Shown: piece after piece, positions 1 to 7,805 of the stretch | How positions within the stretch are numbered: the stretch's first letter is position 1 | Layout of the letters: each line of letters begins with the position of its first letter | Notes under the pieces: model-generated | The model's input: only the letters and a program-made list of their open reading frames with translations | Database searches by the model: none | Told to the model about the DNA's origin: nothing | Position numbers and translations under genes: made by a program | Virus record (IMG/VR): IMGVR_UViG_2690316066_000016 | Coordinates: 1-13,194 of that record | From: a virus | Lineage: Duplodnaviria; Heunggongvirae; Uroviricota; Caudoviricetes | Length of the DNA: 13,194 nucleotides | Direction: 5' to 3' (one strand)

Positions 1-1
1 C

Positions 2-691
2 GCTGAGCTTACCGCTGAGCTTAACATGCGTAAAAAACAATACAACTACTATCGCGACCAGTTATTTAGTTTTGGTGCCCACGATGTTAAACGTCTGAAA
101 TTAGGAGAGCTATGTGTAATTGGAGACGGTTTGCATGGTACTCCAGAATATGACGCCAACGGTGATTATTTCTTTATCAATGGAAACAATTTAGGCTATC
201 AAAAAATATCATTTAACGATAACACAAAAAAGGTTAATGATTCTATGTTTAAAAAACACGGAATTCATTTTGACCCAATAAATACTGTTTTCCTGTCAAT
301 TAATGGCACAATTGGAAATGTTTCCTTTTACAATAATGAGAAGATCGTACTCGGTAAGTCTGTGGCCTATTTTAAAATTAAATCACCTGAACTCCACACT
401 AGATATCTTTTCTATTTCCTGCAGACCAATTACGCAAAACAGTATTTTGAAAATCAAAAAACAGGTTCAACTATTAAAAACTTAGGTTTAAAATCGTTGA
501 GAGCATTTGAAATACCTATCCCATCATACGATGAACAACTTTATATCGTCGCCACGATGGATAAATTTTACAACCTGACAAACTCCATCACCGAAGGTCT
601 CCCGCGTGAAATCGAGTTGCGCCAGAAACAATACGAATACTACCGTGATTTACTGTTCAGTTTCCCGAAACCTGAAACTGTCAGTAATTAA
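2..691 (+). CDS. hsdS: Type I restriction-modification specificity subunit HsdS, 5'-truncated by the window edge (C-terminal target-recognition domain plus conserved tail)
   Basis: Frame opens at the window edge with [22 protein letters not shown] (central conserved region) and ends ...[20 protein letters not shown], the duplicated conserved motif typical of HsdS. The ATG at 26 is internal, not the true start. hsdR follows on the same strand. Confidence 0.8.
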   Translation, partial: AELTAELNMRKKQYNYYRDQLFSFGAHDVKRLKLGELCVIGDGLHGTPEYDANGDYFFINGNNLGYQKISFNDNTKKVNDSMFKKHGIHFDPINTVFLSINGTIGNVSFYNNEKIVLGKSVAYFKIKSPELHTRYLFYFLQTNYAKQYFENQKTGSTIKNLGLKSLRAFEIPIPSYDEQLYIVATMDKFYNLTNSITEGLPREIELRQKQYEYYRDLLFSFPKPETVSN

Positions 692-813
692 TTGACCATT
701 GCTACCGATCGGGCCACCTTAACACCCGGTCAGTATATAGACTATTTTTTTACGCGCCGGAAGTCACTCTTAACGCCCTTCCGGCTCTTGCCAGGCGGCA
801 CAAAGGATGCGCT

Positions 814-3800
814 ATGACTCATCAAACACACACCATTGCTGAATCCAATAACTTTATCGTCCTTGATAAGTACATCAAAGCTGAGCAAACAAGCGACAGC
901 TACCAGAGCGAATCGGACCTGGAACGTGAACTGATTCAGGACCTGCGGAATCAGGGTTATGAATTTATTTCGGTAAAATCACAGTCAGCGATGCAGGCCA
1001 ACGTTCGGGAACAGCTTCAGAGCCTCAATGGTGTGGTGTTTAATGACAGCGAGTGGCGGCGTTTCACGGAGCAGTATCTGGATAACCCGAGCGATGGCAT
1101 TCTGGATAAGACCCGTAAAATCCATATCGACTATATTTGCGACTTTATTTTTGATGACGAGCGTCTTGAGAACATCTATTTGATAGATAAAAAGAATCTC
1201 ATGCGCAATAAGGTGCAGATTATCCAGCAGTTTGAGCAGGCGGGTTCTCATGCTAACCGTTATGACGTCACGATCCTGGTTAATGGCTTACCACTGGTAC
1301 AAATCGAACTGAAAAAGCGCGGCGTGGCGATTCGTGAGGCTTTCAACCAGATACATCGTTACAGTAAAGAGAGTTTTAACAGCGAAAATTCCCTGTTTAA
1401 GTATCTGCAACTGTTTGTCATTTCTAACGGCACCGATACCCGTTACTTTGCCAACACCACAAAGCGCGATAAAAACAGTTTTGACTTCACCATGAACTGG
1501 GCGAAATCAGACAACACGCTGATTAAAGACCTCAAAGATTTTACCGCTACCTTTTTCCAGAAACATACTCTGCTTAATGTTCTGGTGAACTACAGCGTGT
1601 TCGATATTAGCCAGACGCTACTGGTGATGCGACCGTACCAGATTGCCGCTACCGAACGGATCTTATGGAAAATCAACAGTTCCTATAAAGCGAAAAACTG
1701 GTCTAACCCCGAAAGCGGTGGCTTTATCTGGCACACTACCGGTTCCGGTAAAACACTGACCAGCTTTAAAGCCGCGCGCCTGGCAACAGAACTGGACTTT
1801 ATTGATAAAGTCTTCTTTGTGGTCGACAGGAAAGACCTCGATTACCAGACGATGAAGGAATATCAGCGTTTTTCCCCAGACAGCGTCAACGGCTCGGAAA
1901 ATACCGCAGGCCTTAAACGAAATCTGGATAAGGACGATAACAAAATTATCGTCACCACTATTCAGAAACTTAATAACCTGATGAAAGCAGAAAGCGACCT
2001 GCCTGTATACAATCAGCAAGTGGTGTTTATATTTGATGAATGTCACCGCAGCCAGTTTGGAGAAGCGCAGAAAAATCTGAAGAAGAAATTCAAACGCTAT
2101 TATCAGTTTGGTTTTACCGGCACACCTATTTTCCCGGAAAACGCTTTAGGCTCAGAAACGACCGCCAGCGTATTTGGTCGTGAATTGCATTCATATGTGA
2201 TTACCGATGCGATTCGTGATGAAAAAGTGCTCAAATTCAAGGTGGACTATAACGATGTGCGGCCCCAGTTTAAATCTTTAGAGACAGAAACCGACGAGAA
2301 AAAACTGAGTGCGGCTGAAAATCAGCAGGCGTTTCTTCATCCCATGCGTATACAGGAAATTACGCAATATATTCTGAATAACTTCCGCCAGAAGACCCAC
2401 CGTACTTTCCCAGGTTCCAAAGGCTTTAATGCCATGCTGGCAGTGAGTAGCGTGGATGCCGCGAAAGCCTATTACGCGACGTTTAAACGGTTACAAGAGG
2501 AAGCAGCTAATAAATCGGCTACCTATAAACCGCTGCGTGTTGCGACAATCTTCTCCTTTGCCGCCAATGAAGAACAAAATGCCATTGGTGAAATTTCCGA
2601 TGAAACTTTTGATACCAGCGCAATGGACAGCAGTGCTAAAGAGTTTCTTGACGCTGCAATTCGTGAGTATAACAGCTATTTTAAAACTAACTTCAGCACC
2701 GACAGTAACGGTTTTCAGAACTACTATCGTGATTTAGCCCAACGGGTTAAAAATCAGGATATCGATCTGTTAATTGTCGTTGGGATGTTTTTAACCGGCT
2801 TCGACGCTCCAACATTGAACACGCTATTCGTCGATAAAAACTTGCGTTTTCACGGCCTGATGCAGGCATTCTCCCGCACCAACCGCATTTATAACGCCAC
2901 TAAAACCTTCGGTAACATCGTCACTTTCCGGGATCTGGAACGCTCAACCATTGATGCCATAACGCTGTTTGGTGATAAAAATACCAAAAATGTAGTGTTA
3001 GAAAAGAGTTATGCAGAGTATATGGAAGGCTTTACTGATGCTGCCACTGGTGAAGCTAAACGCGGCTTTATGGCAGTAGTTTCAGAACTGGAACAACGGT
3101 TCCCTGACCCTGCCAGTATTGAAAGTGAAAAAGAGAAGAAAGACTTCGTTAAACTGTTTGGTGAATACCTGCGTGCCGAGAACATCCTGCAAAACTATGA
3201 TGAATTTGCCACGCTGAAAGCCCTGCAACAAATCGATCTTAGCGATCCTGTTGCGGTAGAAAAATTCAAAGAAGAACATTATGTGGATGATGAAAAGTTC
3301 GCTGAATTACAAACGATTCGTCTCCCTGCTGAACGCAAGATTCAGGATTATCGTTCTGCCTATAACGATATTCGTGACTGGCAGCGCCGCGAGAAAGAGG
3401 CTGGCAAAAAAGAAAAGTTAACTACTGACTGGGATGACGTGGTTTTTGAAATCGATTTGCTGAAGTCTCAGGAAATAAACCTGGATTATATCCTTGGACT
3501 GATTTTCGAACACAACAGACAAAACAAAGGTAAGGGCGAAATGACCGAAGAGGTCAAGCGCTTAATTCGTTCGAGCCTTGGGAACCGTGCCAAAGAAGGT
3601 CTGGTGGTCGATTTTATTCAACAAACAAACCTGGATGATTTGCCGGATAAAGCCAGCATCATTGACGCGTTTTTTACCTTTGCTCAACGCGAACAGCAAC
3701 GTGAAGCAGAAGCATTGATCAAAGAAGAAAATCTCAATGAAGAGGCGGCGAAACGCTATATTCGCACGTCTTTAAAACGCGAATACGCCACCGAAAATGG

Positions 3801-3930
3801 CACGGAATTAAACGAGACATTGCCAAAACTCAGTCCGTTAAATCCGCAATATAAGACGAAAAAACAGACGGTTTTCCAGAAGATCGTCGCGTTTATTGAG
3901 AAGTTTAAAGGTGTAGGCGGGCAGATATAA
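814..3930 (+). CDS. hsdR: Type I restriction enzyme R subunit HsdR (1038 aa), EcoR124I-like (type IC) by length and context
   Basis: N-terminal PD-(D/E)xK-like nuclease region ([19 protein letters not shown]), helicase motif I HTTGSGKT, motif [12 protein letters not shown] (DExH). AAGGA sits 6 nt upstream of the ATG. The 1038-aa length matches my memory of EcoR124I HsdR (not verified here). Confidence 0.9.
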   Translation: MTHQTHTIAESNNFIVLDKYIKAEQTSDSYQSESDLERELIQDLRNQGYEFISVKSQSAMQANVREQLQSLNGVVFNDSEWRRFTEQYLDNPSDGILDKTRKIHIDYICDFIFDDERLENIYLIDKKNLMRNKVQIIQQFEQAGSHANRYDVTILVNGLPLVQIELKKRGVAIREAFNQIHRYSKESFNSENSLFKYLQLFVISNGTDTRYFANTTKRDKNSFDFTMNWAKSDNTLIKDLKDFTATFFQKHTLLNVLVNYSVFDISQTLLVMRPYQIAATERILWKINSSYKAKNWSNPESGGFIWHTTGSGKTLTSFKAARLATELDFIDKVFFVVDRKDLDYQTMKEYQRFSPDSVNGSENTAGLKRNLDKDDNKIIVTTIQKLNNLMKAESDLPVYNQQVVFIFDECHRSQFGEAQKNLKKKFKRYYQFGFTGTPIFPENALGSETTASVFGRELHSYVITDAIRDEKVLKFKVDYNDVRPQFKSLETETDEKKLSAAENQQAFLHPMRIQEITQYILNNFRQKTHRTFPGSKGFNAMLAVSSVDAAKAYYATFKRLQEEAANKSATYKPLRVATIFSFAANEEQNAIGEISDETFDTSAMDSSAKEFLDAAIREYNSYFKTNFSTDSNGFQNYYRDLAQRVKNQDIDLLIVVGMFLTGFDAPTLNTLFVDKNLRFHGLMQAFSRTNRIYNATKTFGNIVTFRDLERSTIDAITLFGDKNTKNVVLEKSYAEYMEGFTDAATGEAKRGFMAVVSELEQRFPDPASIESEKEKKDFVKLFGEYLRAENILQNYDEFATLKALQQIDLSDPVAVEKFKEEHYVDDEKFAELQTIRLPAERKIQDYRSAYNDIRDWQRREKEAGKKEKLTTDWDDVVFEIDLLKSQEINLDYILGLIFEHNRQNKGKGEMTEEVKRLIRSSLGNRAKEGLVVDFIQQTNLDDLPDKASIIDAFFTFAQREQQREAEALIKEENLNEEAAKRYIRTSLKREYATENGTELNETLPKLSPLNPQYKTKKQTVFQKIVAFIEKFKGVGGQI

Positions 3931-3944
3931 TGTATTAATCCGAA

Positions 3945-3974
3945 CCTGATCTGGCAGATAGCTGTCAGATCAGG
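3945..3974. repeat. Imperfect 13-bp-stem inverted repeat immediately downstream of hsdR (CCTGATCTGGCAG-ATAG-CTGTCAGATCAGG)
   Basis: Read directly from the sequence; one mismatch in the stem and no T-tract after it, so it is not a canonical intrinsic terminator. Possibly an mRNA 3' stabiliser or protein-binding site. Confidence 0.4.
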
Positions 3975-4114
3975 ACTGAGCTAATACAAATTAATATCGA
4001 ACCGAAAATACCAACGCCTGTACCAACATTTTTCGTTTGCGATGGGTTGGAATTGGTTAGCCCTGAGAGAGTTAAAATAGCGAGAAAGATAGGTAACTAA
4101 CGGATTTCAGACAC

Positions 4115-4137
4115 AAAAAAAGCCGCTCTTGAGCGGC
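4115..4137 (-). terminator. Rho-independent terminator on the minus strand, downstream of the tRNA-Leu 3' fragment
   Basis: Plus strand AAAAAAA-GCCGCTC-TT-GAGCGGC; on the minus strand this is a GC hairpin followed by a T7 run, 17 nt after the tRNA-like CCA end. Confidence 0.6.
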
Positions 4138-4154
4138 TCGATTTGCATACGATG

Positions 4155-4185
4155 TGGTGCCGAAGGCCGGACTCGAACCGGCACG
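4155..4185 (-). other. 31-nt 3'-terminal fragment of a tRNA-Leu gene (T-arm, acceptor 3' strand, CCA); putative att core of an integrated element
   Basis: Minus strand reads CGTGCCGGTTCGAGTCCGGCCTTCGGCACCA, matching from memory the 3' end of E. coli tRNA-Leu (leuX-type). Upstream sequence has no matching 5' acceptor strand (no GCCGAAG...), so this is not an intact tRNA. An integrase gene starts 134 nt away. Confidence 0.6.
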
Positions 4186-4318
4186 GGTTATAGCGACTTA
4201 GCTTGCTTCAACAATCATCGTTAACTTGTTGAACTAGTTAGACTAAAGCTCATGACCCCGGCACATTTCACAGACTGTTTAGCCATGAAAAAGCCCCGAC
4301 AACATAACCGGGGTTTGT

Positions 4319-5527
4319 ATGAGTTTCAAGAGAGATCGTTATCTAGTTTTAGATCCCTGCGGGAATTACCTCGTGCGGATAGCTATCCCCAACTACATGC
4401 GCCACCTGTTCCAAGGGAAGCGCTACTTTATGAAAAGCACAGGGACACGCGATGTACGCCAAGCGCGATTGTTTCGGGATGCTATTGCTCTGGAATGGAC
4501 TCGCTTACGGAATCTGCTAAAGCCGCAAGGCGGCTCGTCTGTAGATCAAATCATTGATGAGCTACGCCGTGTCAGTGTGTACGCCAAGGAAGCCCCCACA
4601 TCATTTGGTGCATCAGTTCAGTCTTGCCCTTCCCTACTTAAAATGCGCGATCTGTATCTTCTCCAATACAGCGAGAAGAGAAAGCTAACGACGCTATCCA
4701 AGACCAACAAAGCCGTAGAGATGCTGTTAACCCACCTGAAAAAGAAAGATGTTCAGTTGCGGGATATAAACCGAACCATAGTTACAGGCTGGTTAGATAA
4801 GCTCAAAACTGAGCGAGCGCCCCAAACTATCCAAAACTATATAAGCGCACTGGCACAGATATGGGACCTGGCACGCAATCGCTATCACGATGCGCCACAA
4901 GACAATCCTTGGCGCGGTCATGCGCTCGAAGCAAAAAGCAGCAAGGTCAGCTATGAAGTCTTCGCACCGGGTGAGCTGGCAAAGGTCTATGCTTTGCTTG
5001 ATGACGAGATGAAAGCGGTAACGGCTATTGGTGCATACAGCGGTATGCGGATCAATGAAATATGTACCCTACGTGAAAGCAGTATTAAAACTATCGAGGG
5101 AGTTTTGTGCTTTGAGATCACCGAGGGGAAGACCAAGAGCGCGGCGCGAATCGTCCCAGTACACAGCAAGCTAATCCCCCTCGTGAAATCATTGCTCAAA
5201 ACCACACATAGCGGTTTTCTGTTCTATCACGCATCAATTACAGACCGGGCCGATGGGAAGCGCTCAACGTGGCATACGCAGCAATTCACGCGAGCAAAGC
5301 GTAAAGCTCTTGGCGAGCTTGCCGCAGAGAGAAAAGTGTTTCACTCACTCCGCCATGCTTTTGTGCAACAGCTCGACCGCGCTCAAGTGCAAGAGGATAG
5401 AATCGCGCTACTGGTAGGCCATGAGCGTGGAAGTACAGAAAGTTTCAAAACCTATTCACGAAATAGCGCCTCAACGATTGAACTTAAAAAATACGTCGAA
5501 TTGTTGTCATATAAAGACATCAGGTAG
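4319..5527 (+). CDS. Tyrosine-type site-specific integrase (phage/island integrase)
   Basis: C-terminal catalytic signature: Arg in GMRINEICTLR, HxxR box HSLRHAF, LVGHE, and a Tyr in KTYSRNS about 35 aa after HxxR. Lies next to the tRNA-Leu att-like fragment. The start is uncertain; downstream Met codons are possible. Confidence 0.85.
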   Translation: MSFKRDRYLVLDPCGNYLVRIAIPNYMRHLFQGKRYFMKSTGTRDVRQARLFRDAIALEWTRLRNLLKPQGGSSVDQIIDELRRVSVYAKEAPTSFGASVQSCPSLLKMRDLYLLQYSEKRKLTTLSKTNKAVEMLLTHLKKKDVQLRDINRTIVTGWLDKLKTERAPQTIQNYISALAQIWDLARNRYHDAPQDNPWRGHALEAKSSKVSYEVFAPGELAKVYALLDDEMKAVTAIGAYSGMRINEICTLRESSIKTIEGVLCFEITEGKTKSAARIVPVHSKLIPLVKSLLKTTHSGFLFYHASITDRADGKRSTWHTQQFTRAKRKALGELAAERKVFHSLRHAFVQQLDRAQVQEDRIALLVGHERGSTESFKTYSRNSASTIELKKYVELLSYKDIR

Positions 5528-5578
5528 ATAAAAAACACTTGCGAAATGGATTAATTTTTCACTTAAATTATTTGAGCA

Positions 5579-5605
5579 GGCTGCGCTATTAATTCAAGCG
5601 CAGCC
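5579..5605. terminator. Perfect 9-bp-stem hairpin (GGCTGCGCT-N9-AGCGCAGCC) between the convergent integrase and TIR genes; candidate bidirectional terminator
   Basis: Inverted repeat read from the sequence, located in the 83-bp gap between two convergent stop codons (5527 and 5611). Flanks are not strongly T-rich, so terminator function is inferred from position only. Confidence 0.35.
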
Positions 5606-5610
5606 AATCG

Positions 5611-6225
5611 TTACCATAGTCTAGGTTTAGCTCGGATAGCAGGAACTGTATCTGCATTTCTTTTAACAGCAGGATTCATAATTGCTCGCTTATTAAATGC
5701 TTCATCAATATATGTTTCGCAATCAGCAATAAAATCGGAATACCTTACCACTGCACAATACACTTCCTCATCGGTGTAATGCGGAACTGTTTTTTGAAGA
5801 CGATGATTACCTTGTACCAGATAAGGAAGATATAGTGTATAACCAGTAGAAATCTGCCTTAAACTCACTCCGCAGTTACATCGAAAGTCAGAACATACAG
5901 CATCGGTAAAAACTTCATTCCAGATTTCATCTCTGACGACACCTATCAATCCCGCTGGATTTTCACCCCATAGAGATGCTTGAATTTCTGAGTTCACAAA
6001 TGGACGTTGGGCGGTCTCTCTCCCGATAAGCACAACAGTAACTGTAGTATCAGCGAGATATTCCTCGCGTATCTTACGCATGATGTATTCTTCACTTACA
6101 TCAGTACTAATGTCACCGTCGCTTACGGATTTATCGATAAAAGATTCCCCACCATACGTCTCTATTATACTATCTTTTAAATCCTGTTCATTAGCATGAT
6201 GATAACTTAGAAATGTTTTATGCAT
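5611..6225 (-). CDS. TIR-like domain protein, ThsB-like (DUF1863-type); likely start at the Met codon 6225-6223, with an alternative in-frame ATG at 6237
   Basis: N-terminus KTFLSYHHANEQDL and core TVTVVLIGRETAQRPFVNSEIQASLWGENPAGLIGVV follow the ThsB/TIR-like pattern as I remember it (F-[ILF]-S-[YF]-H...D, then VLIG..T..R.[WF]V..EI with the conserved Glu). GGAG sits 6 nt upstream of the 6225 ATG. Its start overlaps the upstream gene's stop as TAATG. Confidence 0.7.
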   Translation of the reverse strand: MHKTFLSYHHANEQDLKDSIIETYGGESFIDKSVSDGDISTDVSEEYIMRKIREEYLADTTVTVVLIGRETAQRPFVNSEIQASLWGENPAGLIGVVRDEIWNEVFTDAVCSDFRCNCGVSLRQISTGYTLYLPYLVQGNHRLQKTVPHYTDEEVYCAVVRYSDFIADCETYIDEAFNKRAIMNPAVKRNADTVPAIRAKPRLW

Positions 6226-6962
6226 TAGTTGCTCCATTTATCCATGTCAATACTAAACTGGCTGGCAACACTATCTTGAAAGAATTTATTCAGCTCAGTG
6301 AAATCATTAACAAGTTTATTAAAATGATAATAGTAAGTCTGAATTTTACCGATTGGTGTCAGATGATACCTAAGAACAATTGCTTCACCATCAGGTTTCT
6401 CGTCAATTTTAACTTCATCTTTATCTGAGACGTATTTATGCCAGCGCCTATAATTATTTTGGTGCTCAGTCAGAAATGCATTTAGTTTTTTGAGCATAGT
6501 ATTCGCCAACATATATAACTCAAGATCTTTTTTCCTTTTAATATTCAGAACTCGCATCTCAACACGAATAAACTGATAGACCTCGTAGTAAGAATTAAAT
6601 ACCTCATCAAAAGCATCCTGCTGAACGTTTATTTTAAAAAGCGTCCTTTTCGTGTCGAGAAAATTCTGTATAGACTTTATGAAAAGGGCATCAGAGTTAT
6701 CAAAAAGAATATTTAAACCGCCAAAATTAAGCCGTTCAACTTTAAACGAATATTTTCTATTCATCATGCCATCTAATAGAAAGATAGCCACAATGATTAA
6801 TACAACTACAGAAAGTAGAGAACTAAGTACCCCAATATTTTGAAGTAAACGCTTACCGAAGGTTATATCTTCCGACGTTGGTAACTGAACAGTTCCCAAG
6901 AGCGCAATAACAACTATGCAAACAGACCCCCACACAACCCATCTCTTGTACATAAGCATCAT
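6225..6962 (-). CDS. Membrane protein with two N-terminal TM helices and a roughly 180-aa cytoplasmic domain of unknown family; candidate effector/partner of the TIR protein
   Basis: Hydrophobic stretches WVVWGSVCIVVIALLGTV and NIGVLSSLLSVVVLIIVAIFLL, with positive residues before TM1 and after TM2 (N-in/C-in). No family motif recognised in the C-terminal domain. Start ambiguous among three ATGs (6962, 6959, 6953); AGGA is best spaced for the 6953 ATG. Very AT-rich. Confidence 0.6.
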   Translation of the reverse strand: MMLMYKRWVVWGSVCIVVIALLGTVQLPTSEDITFGKRLLQNIGVLSSLLSVVVLIIVAIFLLDGMMNRKYSFKVERLNFGGLNILFDNSDALFIKSIQNFLDTKRTLFKINVQQDAFDEVFNSYYEVYQFIRVEMRVLNIKRKKDLELYMLANTMLKKLNAFLTEHQNNYRRWHKYVSDKDEVKIDEKPDGEAIVLRYHLTPIGKIQTYYYHFNKLVNDFTELNKFFQDSVASQFSIDMDKWSN

Positions 6963-6981
6963 CCTAAAACGCAGTTTAAAA

Positions 6982-7010
6982 ACTATACAACGATGTTTTT
7001 AAGAGTGGAA
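6982..7010 (-). promoter_or_regulatory. Candidate sigma70 promoter for the 2-TM/TIR operon (-35 TTCCAC, 17-nt spacer, -10 TATAGT on the minus strand)
   Basis: Hexamers read by eye on the minus strand upstream of the operon start; the -35 is weak (3 of 6 matches). Not experimentally supported. Confidence 0.3.
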
Positions 7011-7035
7011 GTCCTAGTTATCAGACACATTCTGC

Positions 7036-7066
7036 TTAGCCTACGCATCTCTATTGTGTAGGCTAA
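7036..7066. repeat. Perfect 9-bp inverted repeat (TTAGCCTAC-N13-GTAGGCTAA) between the phage genes and the TIR/TM operon
   Basis: Read from the sequence. Lies 20 nt downstream of the endonuclease VII-like gene stop and just upstream of the candidate promoter: either a terminator hairpin for the phage gene or an operator. Confidence 0.4.
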
Positions 7067-7086
7067 TGCAATGAACTTAAGCCCAG

Positions 7087-7533
7087 CTAAGTAAGTTGCT
7101 CAGTTTTATGGGGATAGATAACTCCTATCCCCTTGTACTGGCGTCGGTAACTTACCAACATTACGCTCATACTGTCGTGGGCCAGTCCACATAAACTTCC
7201 TGCATAATAGCCTCCCTCGGCAGCGTTAGCAGATCGATGCACCACAGCACGCACGCGCCCGGTTCGGTGGCAGTGATCCAGCACGGCAGACCCAAGGCGC
7301 AGCGGCTTACCTGTCACTGCACAGCGTCGGTATTGATAATTCCACAAGAAGACACGGACAGTAGCCACATCAGCGCGACGCAGCTCCAGCCGTCCTGAAC
7401 CATTCAACAGGAAGTGATACACATCATCGAACGCAGCAGAATTTTTAATGCGTTCAGGCAACGGCGTATTGCCGAGATATTCCAGATATCCCCGCATCGC
7501 TTTTCTTAGTAGTTGGTCTGTCCGTGTAACCAT
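7087..7533 (-). CDS. Phage endonuclease VII-like (HNH-superfamily) protein, apparently degenerate in the zinc-ligand positions
   Basis: Motif CAVTGKPL...AVLDHCHRTGRVRAVVHRSANAAEG resembles the endonuclease VII signature (CxxC ... DHxHxTGxxRGxLCxxCN..G), but with CxxT and HxxA where the Cys pairs are expected. GGAG lies 10 nt upstream of the ATG. Confidence 0.5.
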   Translation of the reverse strand: MVTRTDQLLRKAMRGYLEYLGNTPLPERIKNSAAFDDVYHFLLNGSGRLELRRADVATVRVFLWNYQYRRCAVTGKPLRLGSAVLDHCHRTGRVRAVVHRSANAAEGGYYAGSLCGLAHDSMSVMLVSYRRQYKGIGVIYPHKTEQLT

Positions 7534-7805
7534 GATTCAAAGTCTCCACTGTCAGATGCAGCCCGTTTGCAGGCTTCGTATTCTTCGCGCTGGCGTTGGC
7601 ATACCAGAGCATAAAGCTCGACGGCCATCGCATTAACACGTTCGTCACTGATACCATTGCGGCGCATCAGCCCCAGCAGCTTACGAAATTTAGCTTCAAG
7701 CTCAGGCTCTCCGGTATCCATTACCCACTGTTTCAGGTCAGCGAGTGCGCCAGTCATTGGCGGCGGCTCGATGTACCGCCACCTTAATTTAATCGTGGTT
7801 ATCAT
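7506..7805 (-). CDS. Hypothetical phage protein (about 99 aa from the RBS-supported start; the ORF extends to 7853)
   Basis: Open frame with GAGAGGA 8 nt upstream of the ATG at 7805-7803, which overlaps the 3' end of the upstream gene (stop at 7789). No recognisable family. Confidence 0.45.
   Translation of the reverse strand: MITTIKLRWRYIEPPPMTGALADLKQWVMDTGEPELEAKFRKLLGLMRRNGISDERVNAMAVELYALVCQRQREEYEACKRAASDSGDFESWLHGQTNY

Noticed and set aside
985-3279. Internal ORFs within hsdR (985-1251 -, 1663-2046 -, 2456-2737 +, 3082-3279 -)
   Set aside because: Contained within the continuous 1038-aa HsdR reading frame, which carries clear helicase and nuclease motifs.
4155-4240. Possible intact tRNA-Leu gene on the minus strand
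   Set aside because: Only the last 31 nt match a tRNA-Leu 3' end; the upstream sequence has no complementary 5' acceptor strand or D-arm, so it is a fragment (att-like repeat), not a gene.
4252-4557. 101-aa plus-strand ORF overlapping the integrase 5' region
   Set aside because: Out of frame with and overlapping the integrase gene; no recognisable product; likely spurious.
6213-6428. 71-aa plus-strand ORF
   Set aside because: Lies entirely antisense within the 2-TM gene in AT-rich sequence, with no RBS; likely a chance ORF.
6225-6962. Calling the 2-TM protein a type II Thoeris ThsA (TM plus Macro)
   Set aside because: The architecture is analogous, but I see no Macro-domain glycine-rich motifs in the C-terminal domain; I left it as an unknown domain pending a profile or structure search.
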